In this document: piece by piece, positions 28,016 to 37,652 of the stretch | Layout: each line of letters begins with the position of its first letter | How positions within the stretch are numbered: the stretch's first letter is position 1 | Assembly (NCBI GenBank): GCA_964439325.1 | Contig: CAYTNW010000002.1 | Location: forward strand, 159,821 to 223,820 | DNA length: 64,000 nt | Reading direction: 5' to 3' | From: an uncultured Leptospirales bacterium | GTDB lineage: Bacteria > Spirochaetota > UBA4802 > UBA5550 | Made by a program: the position numbers and the translations under genes | The notes under the pieces: model-generated | The model's input: only the letters and a program-made list of their open reading frames with translations | The model's database searches: none | What the model was told of the DNA's origin: nothing

Positions 28016-29242
28016 ATGGGGACAATTAAACTGTTGTACAGATGTTTTTTAGCCGTTACCGTTTCAGTAATAATATGGGGCGGCTGTGTTCAGGCAGAAC
28101 GTGATAATCCGGATGATTATATACAGAACGGCTGTACACTCTCATATGATTCCAATGGAGCTGAAAGCGGAGTTTTACCGGCAGAACCATATATTTACAG
28201 ATATGGCAGAAATGTCGCGGTAAAAGGTAACAGCGGAAATCTCGCAAAAAAAGATTATCAGTTCGCGTACTGGTCTGCGTCAAAGGATGGAAGCGGAAAA
28301 TGCTACATGGAGGGTGATCCTGTTACAATCAGTTCCGACATCACCCTCTATGCGCAGTGGGGCAGATCTGATGGTTTGATGTACGTATATGAAGATTATA
28401 GCAATTCTTATTCTGTCGGATATAAGGGGACACCGAGGGGCATAGTCATAATTCCGTCACAATACAATGGTCTGTCTGTGACTGCTATTACAAGTTTAAT
28501 GGGGTGTGATTTAATAACAGGGATTGTAATACCTGAAACAGTAACATATATTACAAATAACGCCGGTGCCTTTGCCTACTGTACAGGTTTGCAGAATATA
28601 TATGTCAGCAATGAAAACAATTTATTCACATCAGAAGACGGCATACTGTTTACAAAAGATAAAAAGACCCTGGTATTGTACCCTGCCGGCAGAATTAATT
28701 CCAGTTATACCATACCAGCCGGTGTTACCTCGGTAACAAATCATGCCTTTACATATTGCCGATCCCTGGTAAGCTTCAGCGTTGAAAGCACAAATACATC
28801 AATTACTTCGATAGATGGTGTTCTGTTCAGTATTGATAAGAAGACTATTATCTGTTACCCGCGTTATAAAGAGGGCCAGAGTTATAAAATTCCTGATGAA
28901 ACCACTACGATTGCCGCAACTGCATTTAATTATTGCATGAAATTATTAACGGTCACTCTTCCTGACGGCCTTGAGTCTATAGGGGCATATGCTTTTGAAA
29001 ACTGTTCTTTCATTGAAATAACAATACCTGAAAACGTCACAACAATAGGTAAATGTGCTTTTTTTTCATGTGATAATCTGGAAACTATAAAAATGCTCGG
29101 TTCAAATCCGCCGGTATTAGGTTCTTCTGCTTTTAATTCAATATCATTATCTGCAAAGATAAAGGTACCTTCGGCGGCGCTGGGAAACTATAAAGCAGCC
29201 CCTGGATGGTCTGTGTATGAAGAAATAATTGAGGGCTATTAA
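28016..29242 (+). CDS. Surface protein: Listeria-Bacteroides repeat plus BspA-type leucine-rich repeats
   Basis: The N-terminal YDSNGAESGVLP...YQFAYWSASKDGSGKCYMEGDPVTISSDITLYAQW is a Listeria-Bacteroides (Flg_new) repeat. It is followed by repeated I/V-P-x-x-V-T-x-I-x-x-x-AF-x-x-C LRR_5-type units. Confidence 0.8.
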   Translation: MGTIKLLYRCFLAVTVSVIIWGGCVQAERDNPDDYIQNGCTLSYDSNGAESGVLPAEPYIYRYGRNVAVKGNSGNLAKKDYQFAYWSASKDGSGKCYMEGDPVTISSDITLYAQWGRSDGLMYVYEDYSNSYSVGYKGTPRGIVIIPSQYNGLSVTAITSLMGCDLITGIVIPETVTYITNNAGAFAYCTGLQNIYVSNENNLFTSEDGILFTKDKKTLVLYPAGRINSSYTIPAGVTSVTNHAFTYCRSLVSFSVESTNTSITSIDGVLFSIDKKTIICYPRYKEGQSYKIPDETTTIAATAFNYCMKLLTVTLPDGLESIGAYAFENCSFIEITIPENVTTIGKCAFFSCDNLETIKMLGSNPPVLGSSAFNSISLSAKIKVPSAALGNYKAAPGWSVYEEIIEGY

Positions 29243-29281
29243 TTTATATCTTTTGAAAATATTAAACCGGAGTAATGTTTT

Positions 29282-31741
29282 ATGAAATCTTTTATCAGAT
29301 TAAATTTCATTTTAGCAGCGGGTATGTTATTATTAATCATAACAGGCTGCAAGGCAGAAAGAAACAATGCTGCGGATTATCTTTTTAATGAATGCTCAAT
29401 CAGTTATAACTCAAACGGCGCTGACAGCGGTGATCTTCCTGACGAAAAGGAAAATATCAGGAAAGGTGAAACAGTAACAGTTCTTGATAACAGCGGAAGT
29501 CTCTCCAGAGCCGGTTACATATTCGCCTGCTGGAACACTTCAGAGGACGGGAGCGGAGATTCCTATATGCCCGGTGAATCGTTTACTATTGATTCAGATA
29601 CGACTCTATACGCCCAGTGGGGCACTTCAAACGGCCTGGTTTTTACCCTAAAAGACGATAATACATACAGCGTAAATTCAGACTTCTCTGCATCCGGCAT
29701 TATTGTTATTCCAAAAACTTATAATAACCTGCCGGTAAGTGAGATCGAGGGGGCAGCGTTTACAGTTACCGATCTCATAACTGACATTATAATACCTGAA
29801 AGTATAAACATTCTATACGCAAACTCATTCATGTTATGCTCAGCTTTAAAGAACATCGGTGTCAGTGTTAACAATGCTAAATACTGTTCAAAAGGCGGAG
29901 TACTTTTCAGCAAGGATTTCCAGAGATTGATCTGTTATCCTGCGGAGAAAACAGGCAGTTCTTTTATAATTCCATCCACAGTAAATGAGATTCTTCCCTG
30001 TGCGTTTCTCGCTTCAAAGAATCTTTTAGATGTTACTGTTGAGAGCGGGAACACAACATATAAGTCAGTCGATGGTGTTCTTTTCAATATAAATGGAGAC
30101 ACAATAGTATGCTATCCAGCCGGAAGAACAGCAGCAAGTTATACTGTCCCCGGGAATGTGTCTAAGATTTACATAACAGCTTTTGGAGGATGTCAATATC
30201 TTGAGAGGGTTGTTATACCTGAAGGTGTGACAGATATCAGCATGTATGCTTTTGCATATTCATTTAATTTGAAGAGTATTAATATACCGGCAAGTGTTGT
30301 CAGCATCGGTGAAAGTATTACCGACATGTGTAAAGGACTGGAGGGGATCACTGTTGCAGATTCAAATGCGATACTGAAATCTATAGACGGTGTGTTATTC
30401 AATAAAGACTGTACGAAACTGATTACATACCCGATGGCCAGGAAAGGCTCATACGCGATACCCGACGGAGTTACAACAATTGAAAAATCCGCTTTCGAAG
30501 GAGCCCTGTTTTTAACAGATGTTTCAATGCCGGAAAGCTGCACCGCAATAAATAGTAGTGCATTTATGAATTGTTACACTCTTATAAAAATAATAATGTC
30601 CGGTTCTACGCCGCCAGTCCTGGGGGATTATGTTTTCTTCGGCCTCCCTTCAACATCCAGGATAAAAGTACCGAAAGATTATCTTGCAGCTTATAAAGCC
30701 GCGGACGGCTGGTCCGGCTATTCTTCAATCATCACCGTGCCCGTCATTTATGCAGCAGGTGCTTATATAGACAGTTCCGGTGTTTATGTTCCATGCAGCT
30801 GGGCAGATGGTGTTATGGAATCTCTTCCTGTGATAAATACATCGAAAAATTCTTATGTAAATACGATCAGGGTAATAGGGAGCAATGTTTATATAGGCGG
30901 TTCAAGCGTGAATGAAAATAATATTGAAGTTCCGGGATTCTGGAAAAACGGCAGCTGGATATCTCTCACGCCTATAAATGCGGCAAAAAGCGCCTGCGTA
31001 AATTCGATTTCGGCGTATGGAGGCTATGTTTATTCGGCCGGATTTTGTTACAATAGCTTAAATGTTTCAATCCCCGGTTACTGGAAAAACGACACATGGA
31101 ATGCGGATATCAGTCTCACCTGGAACAAAGATTCATATGTATCTTCAATAGCTCTGTCAGGACCTGGGCCATTTATCTATACAGCCGGTTACAGTAAAGA
31201 TAGTTCAGGGATGCATGTAGCGGGACACTGGAGGTTCGGGACATGGAATCCATATGAGCCCATGTCGGCAGGAAAGGGGGCAATTGCAACTTCAATTGTA
31301 TTATATGGAAAGGACATATATGCTTCAGGTATAAGTGTAAATGATTCAAATACCCAGGTTGCCTGTTTCTGGAAAAACGGCGTTTTTAATTATCTTCCAT
31401 CCATTGATGAGACTCAAAATTCATATGCCGCGTCTATTGCTGTGTCAGGAAATGGTGTCTATGTAGCCGGATATAGTAAAAATAGTTCAGGATTGCGTGT
31501 AGCGGGATACTGGAAGAATAGTCAATGGTATCCTCTTACTCCACCCGATACCGCAAAAGATTCAATCGCGCAAAGCATAGTCTTTCTGGGAAATGATATA
31601 TATATTGCGGGATCCTGCATTAATAGTTCAGATATTGAAACTGCAGGATATTGGAAGAATGGAGATTGGACACCGCTTGCGCTTCCCCCTGCTGTTGCAT
31701 CGGTTTCGAAGGGTTCTTTTCTTACAACCCTTGATTACTGA
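29282..31741 (+). CDS. Surface lipoprotein: Listeria-Bacteroides repeat, BspA-type LRRs and a C-terminal 7-repeat WKNG beta-propeller-like domain
   Basis: Lipobox ITGC. The N-terminal ~480 aa are paralogous to the previous ORF (YNSNGADSGDLP...YIFACWNTSEDGSGDSYMPGESFTIDSDTTLYAQW). The C-terminal ~330 aa contain seven ~47-aa repeats with G(Y/F)WKNG-like cores. Confidence 0.8.
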   Translation: MKSFIRLNFILAAGMLLLIITGCKAERNNAADYLFNECSISYNSNGADSGDLPDEKENIRKGETVTVLDNSGSLSRAGYIFACWNTSEDGSGDSYMPGESFTIDSDTTLYAQWGTSNGLVFTLKDDNTYSVNSDFSASGIIVIPKTYNNLPVSEIEGAAFTVTDLITDIIIPESINILYANSFMLCSALKNIGVSVNNAKYCSKGGVLFSKDFQRLICYPAEKTGSSFIIPSTVNEILPCAFLASKNLLDVTVESGNTTYKSVDGVLFNINGDTIVCYPAGRTAASYTVPGNVSKIYITAFGGCQYLERVVIPEGVTDISMYAFAYSFNLKSINIPASVVSIGESITDMCKGLEGITVADSNAILKSIDGVLFNKDCTKLITYPMARKGSYAIPDGVTTIEKSAFEGALFLTDVSMPESCTAINSSAFMNCYTLIKIIMSGSTPPVLGDYVFFGLPSTSRIKVPKDYLAAYKAADGWSGYSSIITVPVIYAAGAYIDSSGVYVPCSWADGVMESLPVINTSKNSYVNTIRVIGSNVYIGGSSVNENNIEVPGFWKNGSWISLTPINAAKSACVNSISAYGGYVYSAGFCYNSLNVSIPGYWKNDTWNADISLTWNKDSYVSSIALSGPGPFIYTAGYSKDSSGMHVAGHWRFGTWNPYEPMSAGKGAIATSIVLYGKDIYASGISVNDSNTQVACFWKNGVFNYLPSIDETQNSYAASIAVSGNGVYVAGYSKNSSGLRVAGYWKNSQWYPLTPPDTAKDSIAQSIVFLGNDIYIAGSCINSSDIETAGYWKNGDWTPLALPPAVASVSKGSFLTTLDY

Positions 31742-32230
31742 GTATTGAAACAGATTTAAAAAAATTGGCAACAGCATCAACATTGATAATGTTATACTGT
31801 TGTCAAAAATTTAGATATTATTTAAACCGGAAATTTATGCGTTGCGTGGAACGGTCTTTTCTGTAAATGTTGCTGACGGAGAGACGGGAAAAATATTAAT
31901 AAAACAGATCCGAATTGTGAAGGATTACGGTATTGTTCCGGCACACGTCAAAGATTTGATATAAAGAATCCGGCCCGATTCCCACGGCATCCCGACATGG
32001 AAATACAGGCTGACAGGAAAAGATTACAGAATACTTCCAGGTTTCAAATGATAATAAATTTAATTAGAATCCGCCGCAGCATAAAGCAGCTTCTGGATCT
32101 ATATTGTAGAAGCCTGATTTGACCAGATGCTCAATCCGCAGGTCAGGATGTGCTTGACTAAAATATCATATTCTTTGGATTATAATAAAACTGATATTGA
32201 TATATATAAACTTATCATGTAATAAAGACT

Positions 32231-34069
32231 ATGAAAAAAAATAAAAAAGAAAACATACTCCCTGGATGCGAAGATGAATATCGTGATATTGTTAATCATG
32301 TTAACAGTATAATTCTTAAAATGGATTTATCCGGCCATATTGTTTTTATCAATGATTTTGGCCTTGATTTTTTCGGATACAGACATGAGGAACTTATAGG
32401 ACGAAATGTTTTAGGCACTATTGTTCCCGAATATGATTCATCAGGGACTAATATGTATGAAATCATAGCAGAAATATTACAATACCCGAAGCTTTACCAG
32501 ATATATGAAAATGAGAATATCAGGAAATCGGGAGAGCTGGTATGGATATCCTGGACAAACAGGCCGGTATACGGCGATGACGGTGAAATAGAATACATCC
32601 TCTCTGTGGGCAATGATATAACCAAATATAAACTTAAAGAACTGGCTGATAAAGAATCAGGTATCAACATGACCCGCATGCTGCTTGATATCATCAGGTT
32701 TCTTCCGGATGCGACTTTTGTAATCGATAAAAATTCCAGGGTCATAGCGTGGAATAATGAGATGGAGAATTTGACCGGTGTAAAGAAAGAGGATATGATC
32801 GGCAAGGGTGACTATGAATATGCCATCCCTTTTTACGGCTACAGAAGACCGATAATAATAGATATGCTGTTTGATAACTATAATGAATACAAGAGTAAAT
32901 ATGACAATGTCTCTTTTGAAAATGATTCAATAATCGCAGAAGTATTCATAGATTCTCAATATATAACCCGCAAGGAGTTCCATTTCTGGGGCAAGGCTTC
33001 ACTTCTGTATAATGAATCGGGCGAGGTTATCGGTGCAATAGAATCTATCAGGGACATAAGTTCCTACAAAAGGATTGAGCAGGAACTGATTGCCAGTGAA
33101 GAAAAATTCAGACTGCTGTTTGAACAGTCTGCTGATGCCCAGTTTCTGATGAACAATAGAATCTTTATTGATTGCAACCGGGCTGCTGTTGAACTTTTCG
33201 AACTTAAATCAGGTAATGAAATTGTAGGATTAGATGCAGATAATTTTTTACCGGCACCGCAGCCTGGAGCAGTAGTTTCCATAGATGAGATTATATCCAA
33301 TGCCATGGTTAACGGTTCAACAAAATATGAGAGGCTGCATAAAAAAAAGAACGGCAGTGAAATTTATCTCAATGTTACTCTGACTGCGATAACGATTAAA
33401 GGGGAGATAATTTTTCATGGTTTGTGGAAGGATATTACTGAACAGAAAATGATTGAGAAGGAGATTCTTGAAATCAGTATACGTGAACAGCAGAAAATCG
33501 GCAAAAGCCTTCACGATGATCTGGGCCAGCTGTTGACCGGGACAGGATTTCTGTGTGAATCTCTGATGAAAAAAATGTCACGGATGTCGTTCCCGGAGAT
33601 GGGTCAGGTTGAGAAAATACATAAACTGATTCAGGATGCTAAAGAGCTTACAAGAGCACTGGCGAGGGGTCTGTTCCCTGTCGACATCTATGTGGGAGGA
33701 CTCATCGCTGCAGTTTCACGTCTTCTGAGAGATTACAGGCAGATATTCAATAAATCAATTTCTTTTTCATATGATTCATATATCCAGACGGATCATGCGG
33801 TTGAACTCCAGCTGTATTATATAATTCAGGAATCAGTTATAAATGCGATACAACACGGAAAAGCAGAAAATGTTTCAATAAAGCTGTATAATGAAAATAA
33901 CAGACTGCGTCTTCTGATCAATGACGATGGAATCGGGATATCAAAGCTAACAGATCAGGTTAAGGGTATGGGGATAAGGATAATGATGTATCGGGCGAAG
34001 TCAATAAATGCCTCGTTAAGCATTACAAATAATAAAGAGGGCGGTACATCAGTGTCATGCATAAGATAG
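32231..34069 (+). CDS. Multi-PAS sensor histidine kinase (HisKA_3 / NarX-DegS type)
   Basis: Several PAS-like modules (EDEYRDIVNHVNSIILKMDLSGHIVF...; EEKFRLLFEQSADAQFLM...). H-box SLHDDLGQLLTG. ATPase motifs (INAIQHG, DDGIGI, GMGIRIM). Confidence 0.85.
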   Translation: MKKNKKENILPGCEDEYRDIVNHVNSIILKMDLSGHIVFINDFGLDFFGYRHEELIGRNVLGTIVPEYDSSGTNMYEIIAEILQYPKLYQIYENENIRKSGELVWISWTNRPVYGDDGEIEYILSVGNDITKYKLKELADKESGINMTRMLLDIIRFLPDATFVIDKNSRVIAWNNEMENLTGVKKEDMIGKGDYEYAIPFYGYRRPIIIDMLFDNYNEYKSKYDNVSFENDSIIAEVFIDSQYITRKEFHFWGKASLLYNESGEVIGAIESIRDISSYKRIEQELIASEEKFRLLFEQSADAQFLMNNRIFIDCNRAAVELFELKSGNEIVGLDADNFLPAPQPGAVVSIDEIISNAMVNGSTKYERLHKKKNGSEIYLNVTLTAITIKGEIIFHGLWKDITEQKMIEKEILEISIREQQKIGKSLHDDLGQLLTGTGFLCESLMKKMSRMSFPEMGQVEKIHKLIQDAKELTRALARGLFPVDIYVGGLIAAVSRLLRDYRQIFNKSISFSYDSYIQTDHAVELQLYYIIQESVINAIQHGKAENVSIKLYNENNRLRLLINDDGIGISKLTDQVKGMGIRIMMYRAKSINASLSITNNKEGGTSVSCIR

Positions 34070-34126
34070 ATCACCGCTTTAATCCGGACAGTTTCAAAGT
34101 CGTATTATTTTACAGGGAGTATATAA

Positions 34127-34789
34127 ATGAAAGAGAATAAAAAATTCAAAATATTCATTGTTGATGACCACCCTGTAGTACGTCAGGGACTGATTCAGTT
34201 TATCAATGATGAAGATGATCTCAGGGTATGTGGTGAAGCAAGAGATATTAAAAATGCAATAGTAAATATAAATAAACTGATTCCGGACCTGATAATAGCT
34301 GATATTACCCTGGAAGACGGGAGCGGTCTGGATCTTATTTCTGAAATCAGAAAAAGGTTCGGGATACCGGTACTGGTTCTCTCTATGCATGATGAAGGAT
34401 TTTATGCCGAGAGGGCACTGCGTGCAGGGGCTAAAGGATATATCATGAAACAGGAGCCGATGGCTACTGTGTTGAAAGCAGTGCATGAAGTACTGGAGGG
34501 CGGGCTCTATTTAAATCCTGAAATAAAAGATATTCTTCTAAATAAGCTTTTTGATTCAACTGACAGGAAGCATTCAAGTACTGATAAATTAACTAACCGG
34601 GAAATAGAGATTCTTAAACAGATAGGTGACGGAAAAACAAATCGCCACATTGCTGCCCAATTATGTCTCAGTGTCAGGACGATAGAATCCTACAAAAAGA
34701 GGATAATCGACAAGCTCTATATGAATAACACCTCGGAACTGATTCAGTTTGCAGTTCAATGGCGTAAAGATGAAGGAAAAAATCTGTAA
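34127..34789 (+). CDS. NarL/LuxR-family response regulator
   Basis: Receiver (KIFIVDDHPVV...DLIIADITLEDGSG) plus a LuxR HTH (LTNREIEILKQIGDGKTNRHIAAQLCLSVRTIESYKKRI). Confidence 0.9.
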   Translation: MKENKKFKIFIVDDHPVVRQGLIQFINDEDDLRVCGEARDIKNAIVNINKLIPDLIIADITLEDGSGLDLISEIRKRFGIPVLVLSMHDEGFYAERALRAGAKGYIMKQEPMATVLKAVHEVLEGGLYLNPEIKDILLNKLFDSTDRKHSSTDKLTNREIEILKQIGDGKTNRHIAAQLCLSVRTIESYKKRIIDKLYMNNTSELIQFAVQWRKDEGKNL

Positions 34790-34979
34790 GTGTTTTTACT
34801 TACATTATCTTGAGAAAATTCCCCTGTATAAAAAAGTGTATAAACCCTCTTACTGCTTTGACAAAATATCTGTATTTTATTAACCAGACTCCGGGCATCA
34901 GAATAAAATCCTGTGTTTATTAGTGATTACACGGATCCGTCTGTATTATTATACTAAAATTATGTAAGGGAATGATAAA

Positions 34980-36818
34980 ATGAAAATGTTCCAGTTTAGA
35001 AGCCTTAAAACTTTTCTATCTGTCATGATAGGTCTCATAATAACAGTAATGACAACAATACTTGTTTTTCTTTCGTATTATTCTTCATACAATTCGGTAA
35101 AAGAGGCTTATGTAAATCAGCTTCAGAATACAAGCGCCAGTATTGATCTTCAGGTATCACAGTTTTATGACAGGCAGATGAACAATACCAGATTTTTTTC
35201 AAAGAACGATGTTGTAGTCAGGGCCTGTGGATCAGGCAGGTATAATGATGCGCTGGAGATGTTTAAATCGTACGCCCGGGAGGAGAATATTTATGCCAAC
35301 ATTTTCATATCTTCAGCCGAAGCAAATCCGGTTGTTCTTGCAGCACTTGCAGGTACAGGTACTCGGTGGTATAAAAAAGAATATGAAGATAATATAAAAA
35401 ATGCGCTTAAGGGTGAAGAATATATCAGCGACCCGACTAGGTCAGCAGTAACCGGCCTTCCTATTATTCTGTTCACCGCGCCGGTAAAAAGCGGGGAGAA
35501 GGTGATTGGAATATTCGGCATGACAGTCAACATCGGAGAGTTCTCAAGCAGTATTGTAAACAAAATAAAAATAGCGAAAACAGGTTTTCCATATATCCTT
35601 TCCTCGAATGGTATTGCAATTGCCCATCCTAACAAGGATCTGATACTTAACCTTGACCTGAACAAATATGACTGGGGTAAAAAAGTACTCAGTGCTTCTA
35701 ATGGCGAGATCATTAAATACACTTTTAATAACCTTGATAAACTTATAATACCGATAAAGAACAGCAAGTATCGCATCATTACAGGTGTTACAGTCGGTAT
35801 TTCGGATATTAATGATGATGCAAGGACCCTTGCAGTCAGAATGATGATATTTGCCCTGATAGCTGTTCTGCTGGGATCAGCAGCAACATATATTCTTATA
35901 TCCCGCAGGCTGAAACCGCTTGACCGTTGCTGCGAGGTTATGAAGCACATGTCTGAAGGGAACCTTGCCGTCAGATATGAAGGTGTCGTAAACAAGGACG
36001 AAATAGGTGAAATGGCTTTATCGCTCAATACAACAATCGAACAGTTTGAAAAAGTGATATCGGAAATCATTCATACATCCCAGAACCTTGCACAGGCCGT
36101 TGAACAGATAGCAACTGGAAACCAGAATCTTTCACAGAGGACAAGCGAACAGGCAAGCTCTCTCGAGGAGATTGCTGCGACAATCGAAGAGGCCAGTTCA
36201 TCGATAAGTCAGAATTATGAAAATTCCCTGCAGGCAAGCACCATGTCGGAAACATCTTCATCTGTTGCCGGCAGAGGGGGGGAGCTTGTTAATGAAGCCA
36301 TCAATTCAATAAATGAAGTGAATGCCAGTGCGAAGAGAATCGGTGATATTACTACTATTATAAATGAAATAGCATTTCAGACGAACCTGCTGGCTCTTAA
36401 CGCGGCAGTTGAAGCGGCAAGGGCGGGTGACCAGGGAAAAGGATTTGCCGTAGTCGCGGGAGAGGTGAGGAACCTTGCTCAGCGGGCAGGTAATTCCGCC
36501 AGAGAGATTGCCCAGCTTATTCATGATACAATAACCAAGGTTGAAAATGGTACCGAGAAGACTTATAAAACCGGAGAATCGCTGAAAGATATAATAACAT
36601 CAGTAAACAATGTTGCGTCAGTTGTAAATGAAATATCTGCGGCATCAAAAGAACAGAAAAACGGCATCGACCAGATTACAATTGCGGTTACAGATCTCGA
36701 TTCAATGACACAGCATAACGCAGCTCTTGTTGAGGAAACTGCAAGTGCAAGTGAAGAGATGGCGAACCAGGCACAGGAACTGGTGAGTCTCATGTCCAGA
36801 TTTACAATCCGGGAATAA
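34980..36818 (+). CDS. Methyl-accepting chemotaxis protein (Cache-like sensor, HAMP, MA domain)
   Basis: N-terminal TM helix, periplasmic Cache-like region, second TM helix and HAMP. Highly conserved signalling hairpin [41 protein letters not shown]. Confidence 0.9.
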   Translation: MKMFQFRSLKTFLSVMIGLIITVMTTILVFLSYYSSYNSVKEAYVNQLQNTSASIDLQVSQFYDRQMNNTRFFSKNDVVVRACGSGRYNDALEMFKSYAREENIYANIFISSAEANPVVLAALAGTGTRWYKKEYEDNIKNALKGEEYISDPTRSAVTGLPIILFTAPVKSGEKVIGIFGMTVNIGEFSSSIVNKIKIAKTGFPYILSSNGIAIAHPNKDLILNLDLNKYDWGKKVLSASNGEIIKYTFNNLDKLIIPIKNSKYRIITGVTVGISDINDDARTLAVRMMIFALIAVLLGSAATYILISRRLKPLDRCCEVMKHMSEGNLAVRYEGVVNKDEIGEMALSLNTTIEQFEKVISEIIHTSQNLAQAVEQIATGNQNLSQRTSEQASSLEEIAATIEEASSSISQNYENSLQASTMSETSSSVAGRGGELVNEAINSINEVNASAKRIGDITTIINEIAFQTNLLALNAAVEAARAGDQGKGFAVVAGEVRNLAQRAGNSAREIAQLIHDTITKVENGTEKTYKTGESLKDIITSVNNVASVVNEISAASKEQKNGIDQITIAVTDLDSMTQHNAALVEETASASEEMANQAQELVSLMSRFTIRE

Positions 36819-37006
36819 TCACTATCCTGACGATTGTTTCATGATGATATTGTTATAGCCTTGTTATTATTGGCCGTGATATATCGGCATCTGATCTATG
36901 TTATCCGGTAATCATAACCGGTATAAAGATCACCGGGTAATGTAACCACAATAAACAAGGATAATATGATAATTAAATTACCGGCAGGTAATAACTGGGG
37001 ATAAAT

Positions 37007-37510
37007 ATGATGAGTGCTTCCGGGCTTCAATATGGAAAAGAAAATAAGTTAAATTCAGAAAATGAAATGTTTGTAACCTTTACTATAGATAATGAGATCT
37101 TCGGTGTAGATGTCAGCCGTGTACAGGAGATAATCGGAATCATTCCTATTGCCGCTATCCCGAATTCTGCAGATTATCTCAGGGGAGTGATTAATCTCAG
37201 GGGAAAAGTTGTACCGGTTATAGATATAAGGGCAAAATTCAAAATTGATCTCAGGGATTATGATGCAACGACAGTCATTTTAATAATAGAAGTAAACGAC
37301 AACTCCATAGGATTTATCGTTGATTCAGTATCGGATGTGATTGATATTCCCTCTGACCTCATTCATGATTATTGTCAGGCTGATTTGAAAATGAAATCGA
37401 ATACAATCATGGCAATTGCCAGTTACAATGACAGCCTCATCCAGATCCTTGATATTGACAGGCTGCTGGACCATGAAGAGGTTTCAGCACTGGACGCTTA
37501 CAGAGATTAA
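37007..37510 (+). CDS. cheW: Chemotaxis coupling protein CheW
   Basis: FVTFTIDNEIFGVDVSRVQEIIG...IPNSADYLRGVINLRGKVVPVIDIR is a typical CheW core. The start could instead be ATG 37067. Confidence 0.85.
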   Translation: MMSASGLQYGKENKLNSENEMFVTFTIDNEIFGVDVSRVQEIIGIIPIAAIPNSADYLRGVINLRGKVVPVIDIRAKFKIDLRDYDATTVILIIEVNDNSIGFIVDSVSDVIDIPSDLIHDYCQADLKMKSNTIMAIASYNDSLIQILDIDRLLDHEEVSALDAYRD

Positions 37511-37596
37511 AGTCTTTATTAGTAATAGAAACTGGTCCCGTCAGGTTAGAAATAAAAAAATTTGTTATATGGCAGCCGGCGCTCCTCCGGATTACA

Positions 37597-37632
37597 AATA
37601 AAAGCCCCTTATATTAAGGGGCTTTTATTTTA
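37597..37632. terminator. Bidirectional terminator between the convergent cheW and yihY-like genes
   Basis: GCCCCTT (37604-37610) pairs with AAGGGGC (37616-37622). An A-run lies on the left and TTTTATTTT on the right. Confidence 0.75.
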
Positions 37633-37652
37633 ATTATAGCTGACGGCTATTT

